Part shown: in pieces, positions 40,101 to 51,300 of the stretch
Position numbering within the stretch: the stretch's first letter is position 1
Layout: the number at the start of each line of letters is the position of its first letter
Origin: Azolla caroliniana
Taxonomy: Eukaryota > Plantae > Polypodiophyta
Reading direction: 5' to 3'
Length of the DNA: 64,000 nucleotides
Assembly (NCBI GenBank): GCA_043228905.1
Contig: JBHGNT010000003.1
Span: 25,110,001 to 25,174,000, forward strand
The notes under the pieces: model-generated
Told to the model about the DNA's origin: nothing
What the model saw: only the letters and a program-made list of their open reading frames with translations
The model's database searches: none
Translations under genes and position numbers: made by a program

Positions 40101-42443
40101 CTTTCCACTCTCGCGTGGAGTTCTTTGAAGACGCACAACACTTGGTCCTTTGTCTTCAACGGTGCCGTCCACAGCTTCCGACTGTGGTCATCAATGAATG
40201 TCACGAAGTACTAGGCTCCGCCATGTGACTTCGTTTCTACTTGACACACGTCAGTGTGCACCAACTCCAATGGTGCGCTACGTCTCGTCGGTGGCCTTGA
40301 GTGGAAGGAGGTTCGGTTCTGCTTACCGGCCAGGCAATCGGTGCACTTCTCCAAGTGCACATGCTTCACTGGAATAAGGTTGTCTTCTGCAAGCCTCTTC
40401 ATCCCCTTCTCACTCATGTGGCACAGTCTCTTGTGCCACAACTCACCGGCAGTGTCGGCTGCCACGTTCAACTCCTCCGGACACAACCAGGCATTCATAA
40501 GGTACAGTGTGTTGACTTTCCGGGCCCGAGCCACTATCAGGCTCCCCTTGCTGAACTTCATTACGCCGTTCCGGATGCTACCTGTGTAGCCTTCATCGTC
40601 TAGCCTCCCGGCCGAAATTAGGTTCAATCGAACCTCCGGAACGTGTTGGACATCCTTCAACAACATTTTGCATCCGGTCGAGGTTGTCAACCACACGTCT
40701 CCTATGCCGGCAATCCGGCACGTACCTTCATTTCCCATCCGAACACAGCCATGCTCACCGGCTGTGTAGGATGAGAAGTATCTTCTTTCCGGGGTCAGGT
40801 GGAACGACGCTCCGGAATCGACCACCCAGGTAGTCTCATCGCCGGCAATGTTTAGTTCACCTTCTTCGGTGATGAGCATGATCTCCTCTTCACTTGCCGC
40901 GAGTGCCGTCGTTCCTTTCCGGTCCTGCTCTCGCCGATCCGAACCATTCCGGTCCGTGGCTCCCCGGTAAGCACCGTTCCGTTCCGAAGACTTCTTCGAA
41001 TCGGTGTCGTCGGCTCCGTTGTCTTTTCGGTAATGCCGACAATTCTTTCGGAAGTGCCCCAGCTTCCCACAGTGGAAGCATGTGGGCCTTCCTCTTGACT
41101 GCGACCGGGTCCCCGACTTCTCCCGTCTTTGCGGACTCCGGTTCCGTTGTCTTCCCCGATCCGATTCGGTAAGCAGCATCTTCGGATCGGAGGCCGGTTC
41201 TTTATCTCTCCGACGTGCTTCTTCGTTCAAAATGCTTGTCTTTACCGTTTGTAGGGACAAGTTATCTTCGGTGCAGGAGGTGCTGAGAGTCACCACCAAG
41301 TTCTCCCAGCTTGCCGGCAATGTACACATCAGGATGATGGCTTGCATTGCATCCTCCAACGGGAACTTGATCGCCGCAAGCTGGTTCACGAATCCCATGA
41401 ACGTGCTTACATGTTCCACCATACTCTCGCCGTCCCGGTACTTGAGGGTCACTATCTTCCTCATCAGGGAGGTCCGGTTCAACGCATTCTTCCTCTCGTA
41501 GAGGCCCGACAGCTTCTGCCACATCTCATATGCGTTGGTGTCGTTCGCCACATGTTGTAGAACGCTCACGTCGACGTATTGCCGAATGGTTGCAACGGCT
41601 TTCCGGTTCAGAAGCCTCCATTCCGTCTCAAGTACCCCCTTGGGTATTTCCGACCTGTCGATCGGTTCATACAGGTCCCGAACAATGAGCAGATCCTCCA
41701 TCTTTATCTTCCAGTCGGCGTAGTTCTGCGCATTCAGCACCATCATCCCCGGCTGCCCGCTGCTGCCGCCTTCCATTTTCTGCACTGCAGTCGCTCTGAT
41801 ACCAGATTGTTAGGAATTGACGCTTTCAAAACCTTCACCTCTCGACCACAACCGAGGAAACACGAATCAATGCAGCAGAAAAACGAAAACACAGAGAGAG
41901 ACTCGAATGCACAGGGTTTAGCGTGGAAAACCCTAGACGGGAAAAAACCACGGGAGTGCAAGACTCCAACTATCACTATACGCAGAGAATGTACAATGGC
42001 GAGCTGCAAGGTGACGACCTTGAGCTCGCTGTCCTCGCCACAAGCGGCGGTATTACACAGAGGCGTCGACCTCTTCCTTTCTCTCTCTCTCACTCTCTCT
42101 CTCTGCTGCTCTCACTTCACTCCCTCTAAGTGGAAAACAGAAAAAATGAGTAACAACTACAAAACTGTTTGCCCTAAGTCATATTTATACACATGTGACT
42201 TTCGGGCTATTTACAAATATAGCCTCAAGGGCCCTTGGCAAACATATTCACAAATATGTCCCCGCATCCGGATCTCTCTCCGGGTACATTCGTCATCCGG
42301 CTCCGTAGCCGGGGTCTTCATCATCCGGATCCGGAACCGGGTCTTCATCATCCGGCTCCGATACCGGGTACTCCTCATTCGGGTCTTCATTCCCGATTCC
42401 CGGACATCCGACCATCCCATCCGGAGGGACCGTAATCCCAACA
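37173..42443 (-). mobile_element. Ty1/copia LTR retrotransposon (Tnt1/Tork-like) nested in the gypsy gag
   Basis: LTRs at 41808-42443 and 37173-37822 (TG..CA; about 7 transitions plus a 14-bp CT-repeat indel). 5-bp TSD GAAAG (37168-37172, 42444-42448), PBS TGGTATCAGAGC (tRNA-iMet), PPT AAGGGGGAGTT. Confidence 0.98.
37766..41785 (-). pseudogene. gag-pol: Copia gag-pol polyprotein with one premature stop and a truncated RNase H
   Basis: CFHCGKLGHFRKNC, WVVDSGASFH, LWHKRLCHMS, ADNGGEY, SLYGLKQAPRQW, LLYVDDML and HSRTKHI. TAG at 40211 (GGA*YFVTFIDD). After RYHW the RNase H tail is missing and the frame runs into the 3' LTR. Confidence 0.93.
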
Positions 42444-44865
42444 GAAAGGACAACATGGCTTGGTTAGTATGGTTAACTTGTAAAACGATGTTGGACAGAG
42501 CTTGAACCAGTTGGTCGATTGGCGATGTGGGCTGGTGTCCTTGATTGTGTTGTAGGAATTCCGGATTCATCGAGTTTGCGTTGTCGTCGTTGTTGTCGTG
42601 TTGCATCGTGGCGGGCGTTGTTGGGGTCGTGAGTTGGGGTGGCTTGGCCCGTCTTCTCTACCAAGATGTGAAATGCTCAAGATGTGAAATGCTCTCAAGA
42701 ATAGCCCCCTTTTCATTATGTCTCAAGTTACATTTTATAGACTCTCTCTTGGCGTGGAGGGTGTTCTCCCGCTCCAATTAGCTCTACTAATTATGGGGCT
42801 TGGTGGGGGCCTAGTTTGGGTGTGGTGCATGAGGCTTGGTAGGGGCCTAATTTGGGTGTGGTCTATGTGTGGTGCATGGGGCTTGGTAGGGGCCTAATCT
42901 AGGTGTGGTCCATGTGACCACCACAATATTAACGAGCTTTATTCTTCTTTTTATGGCTTTTAATAGCTCTTTTGCCAAAAATAGATAGAAACTTCCTTTT
43001 GTCGCATGAGTCGTCACTTGTCACTTATTCTTTTGCAAATAATGTTTTGATTTACTACATGCGCTTTCTTTCTTTCTTTCTTTTCCTAAAAAGGAGCTAC
43101 TTTCCCATTAGTTGGGAGAGATGTTTACAGAAAGGACATACAAAGGTGTCTTATAAAATATATCGGAGAATCACCACCTGGTTGAGTTCCAGAATATTAG
43201 AAAACAACTATGGTTATGTCCATATTTTCTTCTTAATGTAAGTAGGTACCTAGAGTTATAAACATATTTTCAATTCCATCATCTTTCTTATATTTGTGCA
43301 CTGTAGTGCATTTTTCTACCTTTTGTTGTGCTAATGTTAAGTCCTTAGCATTTGAGGCATGTTTTGACATTTGTGTTGATTTATTCCCTAAATGTCTCAC
43401 CATAACTTGATCAACCATCCGAATTTCATGTACAACTCATCGCCTCAATGTTTTTTCTCCATTTGCACCCGCTACACCACAACGATATCATTATGTCTAC
43501 ACACTCACTATGACTCTAGTCTTAATACTTAGTGGTTTCCCATTGAGAGAGTTTGTCCTCGCTTGATTTTTAATGAAGATAATTCAGTTAATGTTTCTGA
43601 ATGTGCGGACGATGACATCTCACGTATCTTCAACCAATAATTCATTGAGTTGACAACATGGATTTCCATTTACTCATTGAGTTGGAACTTCATGTTCATA
43701 TCTACCAATGATCCATCACAATGATAGTTGTGATTATTCTTCCTTGCATCAAAATGGATAAATGAGTTTAGGCACACATGATGAATCTCCACGTGGAATC
43801 AAACCTAACCCTAACCCTAAATATTAACTACTCACTCACTAATAATCAATAGATTTAATGCCACATGAGTACAAATGTGTATACACACACAAATGCAACC
43901 CAATCACATTATGTAACTAGTTCTCGAGAAGAAAGTTCTCATGATGGCAATGTAATGATTCTATACCATTTGATTTATTTTTTCTAATGTTGAATTTGAA
44001 TGTAAAATTAGGATTAGAATATTCCCTGGAATGGGAGTCCCCAATCGATAATCCAATGATTTCATGCCACATCAACATGGATTTCCATCCATGCATTGTG
44101 GGTGACCCTGTATCTACTATTTGACTGCTTCTCAAAAATACAGTTGATGTATTGCTACTTAATTGCTCCATGCCAATCAACATAGACATCCACTTGGACA
44201 CTTCGCAATGACCCAACTTAAGTATCATCAAATGATTCATAACAAAGAGAAGTAACTTATTCATAATCTAGCGAGTCAATGCCATATCAATGCAGGTTTT
44301 TGGATGGACAATGAGCTTATACCTAACCTTAACATGTACTATTTTTTCCCCCTAAGCAAGGGAAGTCACCGGTGGTTATCAAGGGGTAGAGCAAGATGGG
44401 AAATCGAGTGACGAAGTTTATGCTAGAATATATTATGACCAACGATTCAAATCAGTCACATAGGCCATGGTCACCGATGCAGGGCGATGGAGTCAGAAAC
44501 ACAAGCATTAAGCAAATTAATATTTGATAAGCGGCTCCGGGATGGGTTTCTCTCAGGGTGTGTCGAGCCAACAAGATATATGGTCACATACATCCGAAGG
44601 TGATCCCTCGCCCCCCGAGCACTTCTTATATGATCAAATGTTTCTTTCTCTCTTCATATACAAAAAAAGAAAGATCTAGGAAAACTCCCTCCCCACCTTA
44701 GTGGGAACTAAATTTTTACTACTGTACTGCTACTTACTGATTTTGCTGCCACATCACATGCAATGCATCGCATTCCTTTCTCATGTGCTGCGTTGTGCTG
44801 CTACTCGGTAGAGTAGAGGAAGAAACGACGAAGGAAGGTCGGTCTTGAGTATTCAAGTTTCAGGT

Positions 44866-47800
44866 ATGTCTCTAGGTTATGCTGAAAAGCTATCCTACAA
44901 AGAAGATGTAGGGAAGGTTGGGATGCCCGAGCTCTTCGATTCCAATGCCTCTGTCCAACTCAAGGTAAAATAATGCTTTCCACAGGTCCTCATCTTCTTG
45001 TTTCTTTCTTCCGTTGATTGATTATTTAGACAGAGAGCGAGAGAAAGAGAGAGAGAGAGAGAAAGAAAGAAAAGACGGTATGACAACGTCTACCAGAGGC
45101 CAAAATCGTCCCATGAGACAAATCATGATTATGAACATTATCCATCTTGAAACAAAATCAAAAGCTCCATAGGTGCGGGCCTATGGAAGAAGTCAATGAT
45201 ATGCGATTTCTGTCACTTCATATGTGGTAGTATAACAGTTGATTCCTTATGCTTTTGAAGCTCGAGTAAGCTTTGGCTAAAGTGCCGTGCATCAACCTTA
45301 TCCATTATTTGTCGAATGGCAGTGGCAGGTTATCTCTTCAACCTCCTTTTAAGAGTTGACCTATCGCTCTGTGAGCACTACGGGGCCTGTAGACGTCGAT
45401 GTACCTCGGTCTTAATAGGAAACCATCATTTCATAACTTCATGAAGTGATATTTGTAGTAGGCCATTTTTATATGATCCAAGTTTTTTGCCTACAGAGTT
45501 GTCACAGGCCTCACTGGAATATCTTGCTCTGATCATCATTTTGGAGGGGTACAATAGGTCATCTTTGTGGGGAGAGTTATACGGTTTTCTTAGGGCTTGT
45601 TGCAATACCTTGCTCCATTCATAATTTTGGAGAGTGTTGTGTATCATAAGGGTGGCAAGTTCTTTGTGTTGAGACCATTGTCGTGGAACCTAAGCTTCCC
45701 TATCACACTACAATGCTTTTGAGATAGATGTGTATCCCTATGAAAAGGCCTGATAAATAATCCATCCTGCGTTATTCATAAAAAGGTTGCCTTATAGTGG
45801 GCCATATTTCTACCAAGAGATGTTGCGGGGCTAACCCATGCTACTACTTCCATGATCAAATTTAATGATATCAGCTAGGATCACTCTATTCTCTTCCACT
45901 TTAGTCAAGGTCAGATGTGGACAATCCAAGATATATTGGAATGGGGATAGTGTGTTTATTCTCATGCTATGCGATTGAAACCATTCTTGCGTTGCATCAT
46001 ACCAGCTATGATAATCTCCATGTTCTAGAATCTGTTTTGATGAGTTAAGTGCCAGTTTTCAGTACCTTTTCTCAAAGGGCTTCCAAATTCTTAGAGAGAG
46101 AAGGAAATGAAGTGCTGATCGGGCCATAAATTAGATGGCTGTGTCAACGCGCGTGCCTGTGCCATTTGAGTGGCACCATGAAGGACCTGAACTAGGGAGA
46201 ATGTGATGCCGTGTGAGAAGATTCTTTAGACCGCCTTTTAAATCTCTTTGTATGAGGCCCGTTATATGTAATTAGTGATCAAGGACTCAGGCGAGGAGAA
46301 GGTTCTGATGGGCGAACGTTCCGAGGAGGTGGACGGTCCAAGGAGGTGAAGGCTCTTAGGAGACGAACATTCCTAGGAGGTGAATGTTCCAAGGAGGCAA
46401 ACACTCTTCACTCTCTGTTTCACATGACCATAGAGTAAGAGTGGTTCACACTTGATTGATGTTAACCATACGATTTCAGGCTAAAGACACTTGATTGACA
46501 CATATGAACAAGGTTTTAAGTCCCAAAGTTCACGCTTAAATAAGAATTAGCCATTTGACAAAATGGGTTCACCAAAGATTACCACAAATACAATGGTGTT
46601 TACAAAGATCTCTTTTAGTTTACACAAATAGGAGGGAACAACGAGACAAAGTGGTCAACCTTTGGTGTGGATCTGAGCTAAACGATATTATTGAGGCTTT
46701 GCCTACATTCAATGACAACACCGTCAAGTTGAAGTAGTGTCCTCGGGCCGAATAAGCTCCCTTCTGTAGTTGAAGAGCAACAAACCAAACTCGCTCCTTT
46801 GAAGCCGCCAACACACGAGCTCTATGTGGGGGAGAAGAAGACATCCCCCGAAGTTGAAGAGGAGATGGAGAAGAACTTAAGAATAACAAAAACTATACCT
46901 TAATCACAAAACCCTTCCAAAAATGTCGAGCTCCCGAAATGCAAGGGCGACAATCTCCGTCCTCTCCCCAAAAGCCGACTGCCCCAAAAGAACTCCTAAA
47001 AAAGCCCTCTTCCCCTCTTTATATATATATATATTTCTTTATATATAGAGGCGCTTCCTCTTGCAATAAATGCATACTATCCCCACTTTGCATTAAAAAA
47101 TGAAAACTTATGGAATAATTCCTTTCTTCACATTGACAAACATTCGAACTATGCACCCCTTGAACTTAGTCAATAGCCCTAACCATTGGGCCATTTACTT
47201 TTTATTATTTATATTTGTTTTCCCTAATAGATATGTACATTTTTGTGGCTGCCCCCTTTTTGCCTTTTTCCTTCTTTTCTACCTTCGGGCATGCCACATC
47301 ACAACACTTTTTCAAGTCCACCGAGTTTTTAGTTTTGTATGCCTATTCGGCCTATAGTTTAGGAGAAGTTATATATGTTGTAACAAAGATGTGTAAAGAA
47401 ACACATCGAACTTGTGTTGAAAGTTTAATACCGTATTGGTTTTGGTGAGCTCTTTACAAAAGAAGAAGAATGAAATGAAGTGAGGAGTTATATTACTGTC
47501 TTCAAAAGGCCTAAGAGAATTATAAGACTTCGAGTGACATCGATTTGAGTCTTATAGAATGTCCCATAAAATAAAGCAAATATTAAATTTAACCTATCCT
47601 AGATGTTTCCCCTATATAACAAGGTTATGATCAAAGTACAATGATTAGGATTAGAATTAGAATTTTTATTGTCCATAAAGAGGCCAATATTGACCTATGG
47701 GACCAGAGTATACATGTGTTCGTGATATGTGTCTCCTTCGTAAAAAGGGGTATTCACACATTGAAGCACAATGTCTCTATGTGTGAATAAGGCATGCACA

Positions 47801-48359
47801 TATGAGCTCAACCTTCTAGGTGGTGTCTTAACTATGACACTTAAGTTATCACTCCCGCTTAATATGTCATCATATCTTGAATGAATTGCACTATATGCCG
47901 AGCATGTGAAGAGCAAGTGACATTCATCCTCTACCATGCCTTCATTGCATACTTTACATGCCATCAAATTCGTTACATTTTGATACCATGATGTAACTTC
48001 AATACCTAACTTGTGAGATCGAGTGCGAAGTAGTGTGAGGGCTCTACGAGCATTACTGTCATATTGGTAATGAGATAAGGTTGGATACGATCAGTAGGCA
48101 TTCTTGCCTTATATTGAGACCAACATTCAGGGTTGACATTTGCAATGTAATATTCTAGCTTTATCCTCTTAGCATCTTCCCATTTCATCCTTAGTGATTT
48201 CACCAGCCTTTCCTCAATCATTACATAATGCATACCATCGCCCGAAAGCTCTAAAAGATCATCCACACCCCATCTTTTGAACCGTTTTCTTATGTCAACA
48301 ACCCAATCGAATATAGGAACCAAGGGGACAAGTTTTTGTAAAGGATAGAATGTGCGAAA

Positions 48360-48395
<36 letters not shown>

Positions 48396-51300
48396 CATAC
48401 TGAGTGGATCATCCCATGAATGCTCTCATAGGATAACAATGTATGCATCAATGTCCTTTGTATTGGACTGCTTGGGGCATGATTCTTGAACTCGGGAACT
48501 AATGGTATGTTCATTCGATGTAGAATATGTCATCTATGTGATAATCACTGTATCCTTGGGCATATGGATGAACCAAATGAATTGCTCAATTGAGCAATAT
48601 CTTTTTGTGAGATGCAATTGTGCTTGATCGGAGGTCTCTCGTGATGACCTCATGAAGAAGTCAACATCGGCCTTTGTACGGGCATTGGATGTCTACTCAG
48701 GAGAGACTTTTTAAATCTACTGAGCTCATGTCAAACACCCATAAACATTTCTAATAAGAGAAGTTCATGAGCCTGGAAGATGCACCAAATCCCACTAAAG
48801 AGAGGCAGTGGAAGTGTCCTTGGATATCATAGTACACATCACAACCATAGAGGTAGAGTTCCTCAGACGCAATTGTGATGTGGCATGTCCGAAGGTGTGA
48901 ATGTGGGTAAAAAGAGGAAAAGAAAAGGGTTGAAGCATGTGGATAAAAAGGAAGAAAAGAAAATGTGTAACACGTGAGGGACAGAGAAAAGAAAGGGGGC
49001 AACAAAATTGTACATATGTCCTTAAGAAAATATTAACGTAATAATAAAATTGAATGGCCTAGTGGTTAAGGCCATTGACTTGGTTTAGAGGGTGCAGAGT
49101 TCGAATCTCTATAGTTCGACATGAAATTAATGAACATTTTATTCACTATAAAAGGAGGAGAAGAGGATACATTTTGGGTCTTCTTCCTTTTGGCGATTTG
49201 GAGGTATTTATCTTCGATTTTGGGGCTTTGGAGGTTTCTTCTTCGAGTTTTGCCTTGGGTGGTCTTTGCTGATTTTCGACTTCTTTTCTTCCTCAACTCT
49301 TCTTTGTATTAGGTCTTTCGACTTTGCTTGGGATTTTTTAGACATTTTGGAGAGGATGGAGTGGCCCAAGGACTCTACACCGATTCGAGGCATCGTAGCC
49401 GTTGGAGATAGTTGTGGTCTTGGTGGCCCACTTGACTTGCCATCATTGGAAGCTTCAACCCTTCCCCCTATTTTTGTCTTCGTTACTTATTTAGTGGTTA
49501 ATGTTGTTGCCACCATTGTAATCATTTACATTGAGCATTTGTATACCCTATTTTATAAAGGGTTCATTCTTAATCTATTGTTTATGGCCTACAAAGAGGC
49601 CTTTTTGATCTCATTATTGTGTAAAATCATTCGTAATCTTATGTTCCTTGTGGTAATTGCTTATTTTGATCCTAACCTCGCACGTTAACCATTATAAGAG
49701 CGAGAGGAGGAAGGAGAGGAGGTCGTTGCTCCTTTTGAGTCCTAAGATCTTTCAACTCTAGGGAGCTTTGGACTCTAGAGAGCTTTTGATTCTAGTGACC
49801 TTTCGACTCCCACAACCTTTCAACTGTAGGGAGCTTTTGACTCCCACGGCTCTAGGGAGCTTTCGACTCTAGCAACCTTTTGACTCTTGAGAGCTTTCGA
49901 CTCTTATGAGCCTTCGAGTCTTGTGACCTTTCGAATCCTAGGGGCTTTTGGCTCCCACAGCCTTGGAGTTCCCAAACGTTCGTGCCCTCCTAGTCCTTGC
50001 GTCCTACCTAGTCACGCTCGAGTAGCACACACACACGCGTTTACATGACAACGTTAGCTCTATATAGGCATTGTAATTGGCATTCTCTGCTTGGGAAGTA
50101 CACCTCTTTGCCTCCTATTTCTATCTCCTACTGATGTGTTGAGGTGTGGTTCTATCCAATGGTGCATCTCAATCTATGAGATAGATGGATATCCACATCT
50201 CCAGGGTGTTATGAAAATCTATCCTCAGTGATATGGAGGAGAAATTTTTGATAGAAATATTTGTTCTTGTCTTCAAGAAAAAAAGAAAACTATTGTAAAA
50301 GACTTTTAAGAGGCCAAAATGGCCTATAAGACTGAATAAGTGATTACATCTTAAAATTGTTTTGTTGTCTTTGAGAACGACAAACCAAAATATACCTATC
50401 TATCTATATATTATATTAAACATAGGGCACTAAAGAATCTAGATATCTAAGAACTTAAGATTCTGAACTTGAGCAGTTGTGACGTGTACTATTTTCTATC
50501 AACAACTTCTCTCTATATGGGCTTCATTATTTGACCTTAGTTTGGTTGAAAATGTTAAATTCATGTGTTGTCAACAGTTTTTTCTATTCCAATGGCTGGA
50601 TTTTGAAGCAATCAACCAAGTATAATTCCTGATTGTTTGACATGAATGTGCTGTGCCATTTGACGTTATTGTGTTTTTTTTGCAGATTGAAGAGTTGGCC
50701 AAACTCATTCAGCAGGTACTGCATAGTATTCATATTCTCTATAAAACAACTTAGGATCACCATGATCAATGTTCATGAGCATTTTATATCCGAACCAAGG
50801 AAAATGTACACCTACATTTATTCACATCATAAATAATCTGAATTTACTCTGAGATGTTTTATGTGGGAGATTTGCAGAGTAAACATCTGGTAGCGTTCAC
50901 TGGGGCAGGGATATCAACATCATGTGGAATTCCAGATTTTCGTGGGCCCAAAGGGGTCTGGACCCTTCAGGTACTAATGCATTCTAACCAAAACGTAGCT
51001 GCTTAATACCCTGTCCTTTACAGAAAATTTATTCTGTAAGATGTGTTATCCAGCGTGAAGGAATGCCACTTCCTAAGGCAGACTTACCATTTCATCAAGC
51101 AAGACCAGGCATCACCCATATGGCCTTGGTGGCATTGCAACGCCTTGGAATTCTCAAGTTCATAATCAGTCAGGTCAGTTTGATGGTGATAATGATCATA
51201 TAATTGGCGTTGGCACAAGCCATATTTATTAAGCTGTTATGCTTGATTGGTGTTGGTTACTCATGATTACATATATTCTAGGCAATTAGTTTTAAGAAAC

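Larger units (their letters stand above)
36379..42606 (-). pseudogene. gag: Gypsy gag, split by the copia insertion, with two premature TAG stops
   Basis: Removing the copia and one TSD restores the frame (QAMLSFLSTRSEPQQNLPDSRVRPKSFSGLPSEDVLSWLDHFE). It contains PMDID and the zinc knuckle CFYCNNYGHIRRHC, and ends CCG GAA AAC TAA. Stops near 36827 and 36563. Confidence 0.85.
32826..42925 (-). mobile_element. Full-length decayed Ty3/gypsy LTR retrotransposon (non-chromovirus), interrupted by a copia
   Basis: 243-bp LTRs at 42683-42925 (5') and 32826-33068 (3'), TG..CA, with 2 mismatches. 4-bp TSD ATAT, PPT AAGGGGGAAT, and PBS-like TGGTAGAGAAGACGGGC. Domain order is gag-PR-RT-RH-IN. Confidence 0.97.

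Noticed and set aside
41579-42505. 308-aa plus-strand ORF, and the similar 37288-37980 ORF
   Set aside because: They are antisense to the copia LTR and gag in GC-rich sequence with no recognisable domain; chance open frames.
42930-44800. Short ORFs upstream of SRT1 (for example 43917-44264)
   Set aside because: No recognisable motifs or splice-consistent model; probably decayed repeat or promoter DNA that I cannot classify.
49053-49125. Possible tRNA gene
   Set aside because: The A- and B-boxes are present, but I could not form an acceptor stem or anticodon arm; it is reported as a tRNA-like module instead.
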